A stretch of DNA of 64,000 bases, taken from positions 2,822,713 to 2,886,712 of the forward strand of contig NW_019091356.1 in NCBI RefSeq assembly GCF_001949145.1. The letters run 5' to 3'. A program made the position numbers and the translations under genes. Under the pieces are notes generated by a model, which was given only the letters and a program-made list of their open reading frames with translations, was not told the origin of the DNA and did not search any database. Of the stretch, positions 50,823 to 63,808 are shown piece after piece (position 1 is the stretch's first letter; every line of letters starts with the position of its first letter). Source of the stretch: Acanthaster planci (taxonomy: Eukaryota).

Positions 50823-53160
50823 TAAATGTTTATGGAGGACGAATTTGCATTGTAACGGAAACATCCCTTTACAGAGTCACGGCATGCTGGAGTGTTGTTG
50901 TCGGAACTACTAGAATTTGGCTCAGTGCCAACTTGTGCAGTACATATAACACATGCCTTCTATCATTAGAGAGCCTGTTGCAGGAACGTGAGGGGATTTA
51001 GCTGTAGGAACTATCAACGGTGGATGAGTCACCCTACTAGGGGCATTGGACAGATTCACACACACAAAACTGCCTTCCCTTCCTTGGAACACTGACTTGC
51101 TTCAGTGACGAGTGCAACGTGGGGAATTGACACAACCTGTTGACCCACTTTAACTGAAATTTAAACTGATATCTTTTTTTCCCAAATATACGGGTATATA
51201 TTAAACGAGTCTTTTGTGTCAAAGACAAAAACAGCTGGAGAGATGGAATTCTTCAAGGTAAATAAACTTTATTTTGCTGACTGCATTAATTTTTAGGGTT
51301 CCTGAATGAGAGAAGTCCTAGATTTGGAAAAAACACTGAGTTTCAGTAAAAAATGTCAGGATTGTACAACAGCATGAAAAGAAGCATCTGTCATTCACTG
51401 CTCCGTTGAAATCACTTGAAATCAGCCAATTAGAAATTGTTGGTTTCTGAGGGACTCTACACAGCAGTCAGTTTACAGACTTGAGGTCTGATGACTTTAC
51501 TCGAAAAATACTCTTGCAACCTTTAACTAACACGAAAATTATTCTATTAATTTCCATACTCTATTTTGTCAACTTATCGTCAATTGATAGCCTGAATGGC
51601 CCCAACTCCTCCAATTTTACCAATTTTATTCACACACTTTTGGGTTTTTTAGGGTTAATAAGACTCAAATCATTTTACCTGATGCTCGCCTTGCTTTAAT
51701 ATCAATAAGAATTAACAAAATCTAGAATGTGCTGGACATTGAAATCTGGAACAAAAAAATTTGAGACCGTGAAAAATGTAGATTATGAGTGTCAACAACA
51801 GAGACAATAATTGACACTTAATACTAAACTTTGCATCAAGCTTACATCATTGTGCCACTCCAATTTGCAATTTACACTTTTAGAAAATATTCAGTGAGAT
51901 GTACGCAATCAAAGTTGTAATTTTTAAAAACCTTTGACAAGCACACAACTTTGCTGCTAGTCAGATACTAAAAATCTGTATATTTGTTTTTCAACACTCT
52001 TGTATTTGGAACTGGCATCCATTATGCTGCCAACTGGGCACGAAAATGGAAGGATTATCCATCTGGGCCATTCTACAAATTATCGGGGGTCTGATGTGTG
52101 ACATATCTTCCCATCCTTACTACACCTGACCTGTGTAATTTGCTAAAAGGATACCAATGAAATCGATATCCAACCATTTTTATTGGTTTGGTTGGTAATT
52201 TGCATTACTTAATCAACCTTAGAAATTAATGAATGTGCTCTCAACGTACAAAATCACATTTCGGATGTAACAGGAACAGGGAAAAAAACTGGACCCAAAC
52301 ATTAAAGAATGACCTATCTGTGAATTTAAAAAACTGTACCATTGCAATTGTGCCTGCAAGTGACATTTTTGAATTGTACAAAGTTGCACAATGTGACCTT
52401 TCTTTATCAAGTACAAAGCATTTTGACGAAGAGGTCTTGGAAACAACAGCTACACAAAACTAGAATGCAGCAAGGCTACGGATCCAGATCTTCAATACAG
52501 TTAAACAACGTCACTTAAACACAGAACGAGCAGCAAGAACAATCAATTACCAATTTGAACATGCGATCTCTTGAAATCCATGTTTACATCAGGCATCTTC
52601 TATCTTGGATTGATTTATCAACTGAAAAAGTTAGTCACTGTCTACAATGAGACTATAACCCCCATTCAACGAAAAAATTAACTACATCATATATATTGAG
52701 CAATCAACAGTGATTGCCAAATGCCGTAAACAATTTCATGAAGGAATGCAGGGGTTTCTAAAAGAAGTTTTCGGGCACTTTGATACTTCAGGGTGTTGAG
52801 AGGTGTAATTCTGGAGCTAGGGAAAGCACTTTCCTCCTGGCCTGCATGTCACCGGAAATCAACTATGTGTGATGCAACATAACAAAATGAGTCATAAGTC
52901 TCTGGACCTACTTTTGGGAAGAAACAGTCTTTTTGACAAATATTTGTACAATGGAATTCGATAGGAACCATCAATACGCTCACCCAATAGTGTATGCATT
53001 AGTTTAGATGTCAAACTGATTTGGTATAAAGTCAATCGCTTAGAAAGTTCCTCCTGCTTCAGTTCAGAAATACATGTACATGTAGGTGAAAACTATGAGA
53101 AACTTAAGACTCATTTTGTGAGAATCAATCGGGTATGTGTGTTTGGTGCTACCTGTACCT

Positions 53161-53543
53161 TCAGTGTTGCTGGTACGGATTGTAGCCTGGAGCGGATGGC
53201 TGCGGATATCCACCACCTTGTGGATATTGTGGATACTGCCCAGGCTGCTGCTGTGGTTGTTGATATCGGTTGCCATACTGTGTCGCCGGCTGCTGGGGAT
53301 AGCCGGGGGTCGCGTAGGGGTTGTAGGGGGTTGGCATGGGGGTGAACCCGCCATAGGGGGCATAGCTAGGCATGGGTTGGTAGCCAGAAGCATGGCTGGG
53401 CAGCGGCGCACCTTGGGGATAGGGCTGGGAGGGAGGGGTGGGTTGAGGGGCTTGAGCTGGGGGTGCTTCTTGGGTTACAGGCGGGGCTTGTGGCCGGGAG
53501 GGCGGTTGGCTTGGGCGAGGAGGTGGCTGTGCCCTGGATGATT
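53161..53543 (-). CDS. PDCD6IP: ALIX last coding exon (proline-rich domain)
   Basis: TTTCAG acceptor in phase 1; PPPRP, PYP/YP repeats and PSAP; TGA at 53163-53161. Confidence 0.92.
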
Positions 53544-56500
53544 CTGAAAGTAAAAACCAAAGAACCTCATCATTACATCTTTGGTAACATCCATGTAATA
53601 ACCCAAACTCCAAAAAAAATCAAATCTACAAGGACACGGTTGCAGTATTGAGGAATATTTACTTAGACTGTCATCGCACAATGTGGATTCAACCAGGTGA
53701 GATCTTTAAAGAATGAGTGCCAGCTCAACTGCTGATACTGCAATGACACATTAAACCTTTACTGATACAGGCAGAAAAGTAAAGTATCCAGCGTAATGGA
53801 ATGAAAAGTCCCTTTGAGGAGTTACAAATACAAAACTGGGTAACATTTTCGTATGCAGTCTTCAATGAGATGAATTCAAAGGTTTGGGTACAAGGCAGTA
53901 TTTAAAGATTCTGAAAGCCCACCAACTTATATTGCATAAATTAAAGTCTTAACATGAAAGCAACAAAAGGTCAGCAACAGCAGAGAAAAAACCCCCAAAA
54001 CTGAGTAGCTAGGCAACAAATTGAGGTGGAAGATGCAGTTCCCTCGTGAGAGTAAAGGCCAGGTTACATTTCAAAATAAACAGAGGCAATGTGGAACAAC
54101 CCTTATGGCATCATGGAATTTAGTTTGCTTTTCCATTTGCCGATGGCAGGATTCACCTTCAACCTTTGAAAATTTATTAAGAATTAAAAAAAAAAAAAAA
54201 ATTTGAACCAAGGAACAACGATGAAACTCCTAGTTGAACTTGGGTAACATGCATGCAGTGGTAGTCACATAAGATTGGTTGTTAGTGCCGAACATAATGT
54301 GTGCTTTGCCAAGGCTTCACCAAAGAACACTAACAAATTATTTCCCGGAGGTTGTTGCCAGAAAATACGCTACCCACCCCACTGTAAAACATCAGATGCA
54401 AATGACCTGGTTATTACGGCAGGGGAAATTCACCAATGGGAAGGTACGATTAACATCATTTGTTATGAATATGTAAAAGAATTCAGGGAGCATCTTGAAA
54501 TATGAAATTCCTGTTCTTTTCTCAGTGGTCCTTGATGAACATGGTCTACTCCAGGTAGGAATGCAGTGTTCCTTGCTTATTCTCAAGTGGTAATGTGTTA
54601 TACATGCGCACACTTAGCCACATAGCCCAGGTGCAAGTTTTCACGTTCCCAAATTGGTACAAGTTCCCAGATAGAGACACATGTTTCCATATATAGGCAC
54701 ACATTCTTATTTAGACACAAATTCCCAGATGGGAGAAACTCATGTCCCTGGGCTGTTCCCAAAAGAAGGACTCGGTGTTCCAGATAAGTTTAGAAGAGGA
54801 AGTCTTCCCTTTGGAATGTTCCAGGCTTTTTGAGTTTTAGCTCCCTCTGTATGACTCTCAGCAGAAACTGTGGTGAAATGTGCGGTAAATATGCAAATGG
54901 CTGTTAGAGGCAAATTCAATACACAGAACCATTTGCTGTTGAGTGTCTGTTTACAATTGCATTCTTCTGACTTGAAATTTTTTGTAGTTAATTGGCACGG
55001 TCCTCAGATATATTGTGTGAAGTTGTTCATTACATATAACAAAGGTATCACATTATAGTGACCTACATATGAGGAGGTTTGCGGTGACAAGGTGTGAGCA
55101 AGTCTCTTTTGTGAGAACATGCGGTTCCCAAAAGTTTCACTTCACGATTACACTGTGTACTTTCTCTTCACTTTCTCCATAGGATGATCTTAGCACACTG
55201 TTCCAACCACTGAGTGAAAATCACACACAATGAGAGAAGAGAATTGCTCACACGGTGTTACAGCAAACCTTCTCACATTTAGTACTTCTGCCATGCGCTG
55301 CCTGAGGTCTTATTTATAGTGACCTACAAACCAGAATGTGTCACAAGTCTTTCAAAAGGATGAAATCTAAAAGAAAATTGTTCCAACTGAGAGAAAAATA
55401 AAAAAACAGTTCTAAAGCCACCATTTGGGGAAAAGAGCCAGGAGTGCCCAACGGTGAAGGGCAATACTTATTATTCATGCAATACAATCTATAGGCTGTG
55501 CCAGAGGTTGCAATTTACATAAAGTTTGTAGTTGTTATGCCAATCCAAAGCTTTATTAATGCACGAGGAAAGTACTTTATATTTACACGAACACAAAAAT
55601 TCGGTGGGATTTCTTTTTAATGCACATGCCGGCCCAGATGAGCAGATTCCTGCAGTAGGCAACTGACTTGTAACTTCAGCTTAACTGTTTTGTTAATGAT
55701 TTCTTAACTCTCATATATTTTGTAAATAAGAGGAATCCCAACATGGCCCAAATCTTGAGGGCAAAGCTGTCAAAACTGGCATGGTCCAGGACCAACAAAC
55801 CTTATGCAAGGACCTTACTTATGGCCCAATGCAACCTGTTACACGGACGTCAACAAACTGTGGTCACGAGGTCATGTATCCGCAAGTCAGTCACAAGTCA
55901 AGTGGCAAATTATTTAAACGAAGGGTGATAATGGCATTCAATAATCACAGTTCATTCTAGTTTTTCTCGACCCAGACTTATGAATGAATAGATTTGAAAC
56001 ATAATGACGTCACGCTCTGTTTACATCTTTGCTTTCCTACGTGGATCCATTGATCCTGTCCCACCTCACTGCCGTAGGAAAACGTACTTGTAATCAAAAC
56101 CGTGATGTCATTGTACCGGTTGGTCTAATGTGATTCATCCATGGCAGACTTGACTTACAACTCTGGCAAATGGACATAAAAATGAAGATCTGGAGACATT
56201 TCATTACCATCACCCACACCCAGTGACACTTAGATTGAAAACATGGACAATCTGTGAAATTGGTTCATTAACAACCAGAGGAGTTCATTTATGAAAGGTT
56301 CTAACCCTTTCACGCCGGGAAGCGGTAAGAGTCGCCGTAAAAATTGAGATCCCTCAGCCCGCTTTTCAGCTATTATTCTCGGCCCACGCTCGAGCGAACA
56401 CGGTGAAAGAAAGCATACCCTGGCTCTTGTATACATGGTGATTGGCCTTTGTGTGTTGCCAAGAAATGAAAAGGTCCAATTTGCATCATAATCACCAGCT

Positions 56501-59500
56501 TCACAACAGTCCCCGCTTTGAAAAGAGGCAACGGGAATGTGGAAGCTTGAGTAGAGCCGCATGCCACCAAACAATGAGCCTTTTCACTGTGTAAATCAAA
56601 GCGTGCAGAGCACGGAGGGCCATAAACCGAGAATTTGTGGTTTGGCGGGTGGCCTTCATGGCCAAGCGAGGCTGGAATTCTCTGAGTCGCCTTTCAGAAA
56701 AAAGTCCCGGTGTCAACGGGTTAACTTCCTTGATGGTGCATACAACACACGACACAAGGCCCATACACAAATCGATGTACATGTACCATCAAACGACCAA
56801 TGATGTTAGTGAAATGATTAGGCCAGAGGCAAAGGTGACGAGGCTAACTAGTACAGACAGAAAAAAAAAACCGACCTGACTCTATAGGCATGATTGAGAG
56901 CAGTGACGGTGGATGATCTTTGACTTTTATCTACCTGGTTGGCCAGGTGCGGCAGAGGAGCCTGGTCCCCCGCTCTCAGTTGTGCCGGAAACTGCTGGTT
57001 GGACATGCATTTAAGACAGAGGAACGGCGGGGATTAGAACGAAAGAATCGACTGCAGGGAAAGCTTGGGATGCCGAAGGGTGTGACAAGGTCAGGTACAA
57101 CTCTTGTGGGAGGTGGTTAGCAGGGTTTCAAGAAGAGCAATGGGAAATTTCAGTCAGTGCTAGAGGAATCCAAAGTGGAGCTGTCGTTTGTTTATCAGTA
57201 CAGACAGGCCTTTGCTCACACAAAGTGGGGCAGCATCATCACATCAGCCTGTTCCAAATTAAGAACTGGATATACACGTTTATCCTGCCATGTGACCTTT
57301 GCCAGTTCCATGGTTGCGTGGTAAGATAATTTGCACCACTGGGTAGGAGGTTGCAGGCTTGAGTCCCGCCAGAGGAAGCCTGTCATTTTGTTTCTCCCCA
57401 TGAACTCTGAAAAGGCACTTAGCATGGATTGAGGAGGAGAGCTTGACAGTGAAGAACAAAGCCTATATGAAGGTCAATTTTCGCCGACAGCTATGTGCAG
57501 AAATGTGCTAAGCAAATAAATACTTGCTCAGCAACTGCAGGTTACCAGCCAAAAAGCCATGCAGTGAACACGTCTTGCGACTGGCTCTCAGCTTCTTTTT
57601 TGCCAAGCAGATTTTTTTAACCAAGCAGTTCTACACAGCTGGGCTCTGCAGGTCTGAAAAGGGGACACTTTGTCATAAAAAAGCCAAATGTTATGAATTA
57701 CTATCCTAAGAACATAAAAACTGAAGACACAGCACCTTAAAAAACTAACTGAAGTTGAAGAGAAGCATAAGATTTCATTTTTTCTAAAGATACTCCTTCA
57801 GCAATAGCTAGGAAAGCATCTGGCTTTCTGAAACTTCACAGGTTAGTCCTGTTAAGGTTTTAACTCTCAGAATTTTGATGTTTCTAGCAGAATTCCATGG
57901 CAATGGGCATATTCATCTTTGGGAACAAAACTGAAACACAAAAGTGTTTGATTGAGATGTTAGACAGATGTGAATGACTGAGCCCCATGTTCTTCCTGGT
58001 GACTTAATTGACACTCAAGGATATGACATGGACTGACAAGAAATCGACTCGGATGTCTGGGAAGGAAGTGTGATGACAAGACAAACGTTAGGGGAAGCAA
58101 TCGCCTTCAACAGTAATTGACTCTAGGGAGCGGCAGACACATGTTGACTGCCTCAAGTGATAGGGTGAAACTAGCTTCCTAAGGCATGCATTTAATTTTT
58201 CCCCGACATGAAGGGAAAATGGATCATCAAGAGGGACTAGTTTATCAGCATTTGTGATAAAGCAGCCAAGTTTTTCTTTTAAAACACAGATTCTGCAGAG
58301 TTTTCGAAATGTAACATTATCTTAACAACAGCAGACAAAAGTACTTCTGCTTCAATTTGACATGAACTGAAAAGTCACTTTTCAAATTTTCCCTCGGTGA
58401 AAATGTTTCCCCTATTCCAACTCTGGACACAACGTACCAGTACCACAAACATGTGTGTAGTTTCTCATGCAGAATGCCGGTTGCTCACAGCACAATACTT
58501 TCACATCAAGAAGCTGCAGGATAGTATTTTTTGCATGCCAAAATTTGGAAAATAAGTGAATACAATATGATGTGCTCTTGGTCAATCAAAACAATGAAAC
58601 CTGTGGGTGGAGCTGTTATTAAGAAACGTTGGCAGGTTTCAAGGAGAAAAAGTCTATCAAGGGGTAATTTCTGCAAGTTTGTTGAAGGGGACTGAAAGAC
58701 CACCTCACGGATTTCATTTTAAAGAGGCACGCTGTTTTGAGAACACCATATCATCCAGCCATTTTTTTTTACAAGGATCATGTAAATAACAGTGCCGTGC
58801 CAAAAAACAAAACAGCCATGCTGTTATTCATCTAGGGCAGCTTAATCAATGCATTTACACTGGCCAGATGTCTGCACAACATCCCCAGCCATTAAACAAT
58901 TCAAGCAAAGTGCAGCGCAGAAGAGCTGATAGGCAGGGAGCAATTACTGCTTCACTCACAGTACATGATGGGGAAAAAAAAACACATCCATTTATAGACG
59001 GTGCCAAATGCAATTTGGGTGTTGGCTGTGTTTTTAACAAAAGTACTCTTCTCTGTTCGTAATAATAGTTGCTAAATTAGCATAGCCTCCGAATGCAAAC
59101 TCATGCTAAAACAATAAAGGAGTGCTTACATGCAGACTAATTTTATTTAGAAGTGGACCTCAAAAATGAAACAAGCATGCAGGCAGCCCACGAGCTAGAA
59201 ATGTAATGCACAGTGAATCCATGTAGCATAAACCAAAAATCAGTTTGCTGTTCTTGTTGCTGTTCAGAGCACAGAGACACAATGGACGCGATCTGGTGGC
59301 TGGCTGAAACTCGGTGAGGTCACAGTAAAATGGCATCAACTCCCGACATCTATCACCATGTGTTTCCCACAGAGCGCCCTCTCCTGGTTTTCTTGCCTTG
59401 AGCTCCTTTAATATCAAGCTCAAATTTGGAGTGTTTCCCTTTGAGAACTCAGGACAGTTTCAGGGGACAGGAGACTGGGCCCAAGCCGGAGTTAAGGTTT

Positions 59501-62500
59501 AAGAAATGGCTTCCGTCTAGGACCCTGTTTGAATGGCGGTAAGCATTGTGTTGGGTTTTGTGACAGAGCAACTGTCACGGAACAGTGGCTCCATAAAATG
59601 ATTGTCCCAGTGCTTACTGCCATTAAAGGGGGCCACTGTGAATAACCAGTGATGGCATTATCGTGGTTACTGGAATTATCTACAGTTACCACACGCAACC
59701 GGGGTCCAAAAGTTGTAACTGGGAAATAACACATTACACCTATGGGAAGCCACTGTACCGACAGTCGCTTGCCACTTCCTATTGGTTTATGTGTAACTCC
59801 AATCCCCAGCCGACTGATTCTAGCAGGGCTGCAACACCTTCTTACATGTTATTTTATTTGGTTATTTACTGGGGGCTAATCGTAATTCCCAGCCATGTGG
59901 CTGAACTACAAAGGACGCAGCTACAACGTCGAGTTGAAGGCATATAAGTGTGCCTTTGTAGCACACAACCCATATATAATAATGGAGCACGACAACAAAT
60001 CATAAAATGTTAACTTTTCAACAGAGGCAGGAATGCTGGAAAAACCCGAAGGAAAACTCTCCTAGTACAAGGAAGAACCAACTAACAATTCCACTCACAC
60101 GTGGCCTGGGGCCGGGAATCAAGCCCAGGTCACAGGTCACACTGTGCCATCAATTCTCAACCGAACTTTCCTCACCTTGGGCGTGGTGGGCCGGGGTGAC
60201 AGGGGGCGGGGAGCTAGGCTGGTTGGCGATGCTCTGGGTCAAGTCACGTAGCAACTCCTCCTTCTCCGTCTTCCGGGCAAAGCAGAGGTCAGTGACCTTG
60301 CCTTGGAAACGCACCAGCAGCTGGGTCAGGTCGTTGTAGAACTGCGAGTGTGCGGAGGCAAGCACAGAAATTTCCATCAGTATGGGTACAAACTTCTCTT
60401 GCACTGGCGGGCAGAGGTGTACGTTCCATAATGGGACGAGGCTTTACGGTTCGACCTATTAACCCCAACCCTCCTCAATCCTCCAAACCCTCTGGTTGGT
60501 TTTGGAGGATTGAGGAAGAATGACTAAATTGTGGGACTGATTGCAAAGGATGCATTGTCTCAAGGGTGTGGGCTAGACCTTGTATTGTTTATGTTCACCC
60601 ACGCATAGATTCATACCTACATTATACATGAAATCCTCCATACTGCCCTGAGATACCATTTGCACTGCATCAACATAATGACAGGAATTGCTGGAGGATT
60701 TTGAAGGATTGAGGTGGTGGGCACCCAACAAATGAGCATATTTAAGAAATGTTGGAGGATTTTAGGATTGACGATAACTGCAATTTTTCGCATGGATAAT
60801 TTGAAGATTTTGAAGGATGGAGGACGGTGTCTAGCAAAAAGGCTACGGAGGTCAGTTCACGTCTGATGCCTGATGGTCTCAACTCCCCCCCCCCACTTTA
60901 AAAATTGTTCTGCCACCGTTGCGCTCCTATTATATACAGCTATACGAATAGACGTGCTTAATGTTGACCAACTGAGGGCGCTATTTTTAGACATGAGACA
61001 GCAACACAACACAAGCATGAGGATGAACTCCAATCTCAAATGCGAGCATTTTGACTTCCATTGTATAGGACATGTTTTTGTTTCTTCTGTTTAATCAGCC
61101 CGCATTCAAACTAACCAGAGAAATAGAGAAGCTGTTTTGGCACGACCTCTTGTTGTCAGCCATGTTTGCAACAAGTCAATACTAGTAACAGGATGAGCAA
61201 TAATAAAGGAATACGTTTTCCACAAGAGACTTCGCTTAAGACTGGACAGCTTGTGGTGACTCGAACACAACACTGGACATCCCCCGTAGCAGTTTGACAA
61301 GCCACAAATTCATCTTAAATTTGCACATGGTCTCTTTTCTAACCTTCGTGCCCTCTGTCAGGTTGGCAGTGAGCTCCATGTAGGCGTCATGGGCAGCTGC
61401 CAGCTTGCGCAAGACGTCCTCACGATTGCTGGCCGAGGTGTCTGACTGCTTCGCCTGGCAAAATTTGGTGTTGGCATCCTGAGAAGGAATGTGTGGAAAA
61501 AAAGATGCTTCAGACATCACTCTGAAGAAAGGGCCACTTGTTTTAACTCTTCAAAGCTCTGGCGAAAGAGACACATGAATATCTCTGCCGAAAGTTGGTG
61601 AGCACGTAAGAAAATCCGTTTTAAGTGTATCTGTCAAGCTTCAAATCAAGTTGAAGGAGAGATTTGTTGATATGGTCAAATACGCTTTGCACTTTACCCC
61701 GTGTCAATTCATGCATTGAGCACAAGTCAATGGAAAAAGAGCATCTTTTGATTGACTGGTCTTGGAACATTTTGAAAGAAGGGCATGTTTGATTTTTCAT
61801 AAAATTGGAGTGAAGATGGCCTCAGCATAAGAACCCTGGAACACTGGTATGTGTGCCCCACATGTGCAGAAAGTGCACTAATTCATGGGAGACTGTTTGC
61901 GCAAGCATCTAGCATCCGAAAAAATGCGCACCAATTTTTGGATCTTACCTGGACATTGTTCAGCAGTATCTCCTGCCGGTGGATGCTGTCTTGGACCTGC
62001 TTGATCAGGGGGGAGAAGATCCGGTCCAGTTCCTGGTTGGAGATGTCTTCCTCATTGATGGCCCCGTCGGCTGCCAAGGCACTCAGGAACTTTTGTGCTG
62101 TGGAGATGAGAGCAACCAACAGATATGAAATTGGCATGAGGCAAGTCTGTCCCGAACCACAGCAGCTCACCAGGCTGGTGTTCACTCCAGTTGCCTTGAT
62201 CAGAACTGAATGAGAATACCCCCCGATGGGTTGAGTCCATCAGAGGATACTCCCCAACTAAAGGCTGGTTCATACTTCAGGCGAATTCGACATCACAAAA
62301 ACTGCAGCAAAATTTCGCTCGAGTTGAAATGTTTTTGACTGGTACAAATTGGCAATGCGAATATTTGATCTGAAACCGCAGTTTCGCTTTCGTTCAGTTT
62401 GGTGCCCCTTATGAAATGATCTAAGTCCCTGAACCCATTCATATTCCTAGGCGAAGAGCAGCAAGCAGGGGTGAAGTGACTTGCCCAATGCCACGACTTT

Positions 62501-63808
62501 ATGGCCAGAAGTTGGATTGGAATCCCGGACCCTCTGATGATGAGTCATGAACCCTTACCACTAGGCCATATCCCTCCAAGAAGTCGGCATAAACAAAGAA
62601 GAACAAATTCCGATCTGGCAAAGGTTCGGAACAGCTTCCTTCATTTTTAGTGGTAGGAACTTGGACAAAAGAAATTTGTGCAATTTGTACAGAAATTGAT
62701 GCACCGTGCATATCCATAATTTCTATATCTTGGATTGAACATAAACATGAAAATTCCCGACTCACACATGTCACTCTTGGTATTCTTGATTTCGGCCTCG
62801 TTGACCTCGCGCTCTGTTTTGATGGCCTCCACTTGTTTCATGAGATCGCGCAACTTTCGGACCTCCGGGCTGTCCTTGAGGGCTGCGGCAGCGCTGGTGG
62901 CAGGCAGGTCGGATCCCATCTCATTCTGCATGCATCATAAACAATACAACCAATTGTGAACTTTGTAGAACCCACATGCTCTAGGAGTAGTCCAGGCTTC
63001 AATTCGAGCTAAAGTCACTGCAAACACTCATGTTTGCAATTATATACTTGTACTTCAGACAAAACATCAAAATAAGTTTCCTCAACTTCTTCTTGAAACA
63101 CAAGCTCTGAAAACCGCAGAAAGAGGTAAGAAAACAACATAATCCAAAACAAAACAAACAAATCAAGACACCCCTCAAAATACAGGAGTAGCCAGGTTGG
63201 CAGAGTATGTTTCCATGCCATATTTTCATCTTTGCGGTCTGGGTTCATTTCCCGGCTCGGTCCACATGTGGATTGGGTTTTCAGTCCCTTCCTGATTCTG
63301 TAGGTTTTGCCCAGAATATTCCTCTGGGGTTTGCCTCCCACCTCTAAAACTGTCACTGCTTCTCACTGTCTCCTCTCCACAGGTTTCTTCAGGTTTGCAA
63401 GCTACAGTGCAAAGGGTGCTTTTGAGGTATCCTGGGTTTATTTACCAAATACACTTAACAAAGATACAATGAGTAAATATAATTAAGTCAGATTTTCCGC
63501 ACACTAAACGGCTTGGCTTTTCCGACTTTTTTAAATCGACGACACAAAATATCGGTTGATAAAAGAAAACTTATTATTTTTCTTACCGGTGACTTAGACA
63601 GGATGCTAATGAATTCCCGGTTGGCCTCGTACTTTTCTCGCACGATACTGTCCGCCTGGATAGCGTTGTTCAGGATTGTCCGGTACTTTGACGCCTCCGC
63701 TCGTAAGGGCGTGGTTAGCTGATCTGATGGGAGGCGGGTCCAGCGCTCCTTGAAGCGCTCTTTCATCTCCTTGTCTGTTTTGCCTTCGTCGTCAAGGAGG
63801 CGTATTGA
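53161..63808 (-). CDS. PDCD6IP: Programmed cell death 6-interacting protein (ALIX), 3' part: V domain and proline-rich domain; gene continues past the window end
   Basis: Phase-consistent exons 63808-63587, 62925-62766, 62097-61949, 61478-61344, 60341-60176, optional 56994-56935 and 53543-53161. Motifs [26 protein letters not shown]...[14 protein letters not shown] and a P/Q/Y-rich tail; no phosphatase domain, so not PTPN23. Confidence 0.95.
55066..55279. mobile_element. MITE with about 35-bp imperfect TIRs in an ALIX intron
   Basis: ATATGAGGAGGTTTGCGGTGACAAGGTGTGAGCAA versus the reverse complement of TTGCTCACACGGTGTTACAGCAAACCTTCTCACAT. Confidence 0.75.
56301..56724. mobile_element. piggyBac-type non-autonomous element of a second family (about 420 bp)
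   Basis: CTAA-CCCTTTCACGCCGGGA ... TCCCGGTGTCAACGGG-TTAA: CCC-initiated TIRs with a TTAA-type target site. Confidence 0.65.
56935..56994 (-). CDS. PDCD6IP: Candidate 60-nt cassette exon of ALIX ((A)[19 protein letters not shown])
   Basis: CCAACCAG|CAG acceptor and CAG|GTAGAT donor; symmetric phase 1/1; open; G/P/S-rich like the proline-rich domain. Confidence 0.55.
60010..60150 (-). mobile_element. tRNA-derived SINE fragment
   Basis: The - strand reads ...GACCTGGGCTTGATTCCCGGCC... (B-box-like) followed by GAGAGTTTTCCTTCGGGTTTTTCCAGCATTCCTGCC, a SINE central-domain-like motif. Confidence 0.55.
60176..60341 (-). CDS. PDCD6IP: ALIX exon, end of the V domain (FYNDLTQLL...HHAQ)
   Basis: Conserved FYNDLT motif; phase 0/1. 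Confidence 0.95.
60465..60830. repeat. Degenerate GGAGGATT-rich repeat with a local hairpin; related motif array at 14445-14540
   Basis: CCTCAATCCTCCAAA / TTTGGAGGATTGAGG inverted pair and repeated GGAGGATTTTGAAGGATTG units. Confidence 0.5.
61344..61478 (-). CDS. PDCD6IP: ALIX exon (DANTKF...NLTEGTK)
   Basis: V-domain similarity; phase 0/0. Confidence 0.95.
61949..62097 (-). CDS. PDCD6IP: ALIX exon ([16 protein letters not shown]...NNVQ)
   Basis: KFLxALAxDGxINEE motif; phase 1/0. Confidence 0.95.
62430..62575 (-). mobile_element. tRNA-derived CORE-type SINE fragment
   Basis: The - strand has an A box TGGCCTAGTGG, a B-box-like GGATTCCAATCC, then TTGGGCAAGTCACTT (MIR/CORE-like motif). Confidence 0.7.
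62766..62925 (-). CDS. PDCD6IP: ALIX exon (NEMGSDLPA...KSDM)
   Basis: V-domain similarity; GTGAGT donor; phase 0/1. Confidence 0.95.
63190..63352 (+). mobile_element. tRNA-derived SINE fragment
   Basis: B-box-like GGGTTCATTTCCC followed by ATGTGGATTGGGTTTTCAGTCCCT...GGGGTTTGCCTCCCAC. Confidence 0.65.
63587..63808 (-). CDS. PDCD6IP: ALIX exon (SIRLLDDE...ILSKSP)
   Basis: [17 protein letters not shown]...[12 protein letters not shown] motif; phase 0/0. Confidence 0.95.

Noticed and set aside
50205..51001. ORFs of 157-219 aa in the track
   Set aside because: Artefacts of reading through the N gap.
57216..59423. Further candidate ALIX cassette exons near 57.3 kb and 59.3 kb
   Set aside because: Weak or absent pyrimidine tracts and no phase-1/1 open exon that I could support.
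62500..62575. tRNA gene
   Set aside because: A- and B-box-like motifs are present, but the cloverleaf is degenerate and a CORE-like motif follows, so it is a SINE head.
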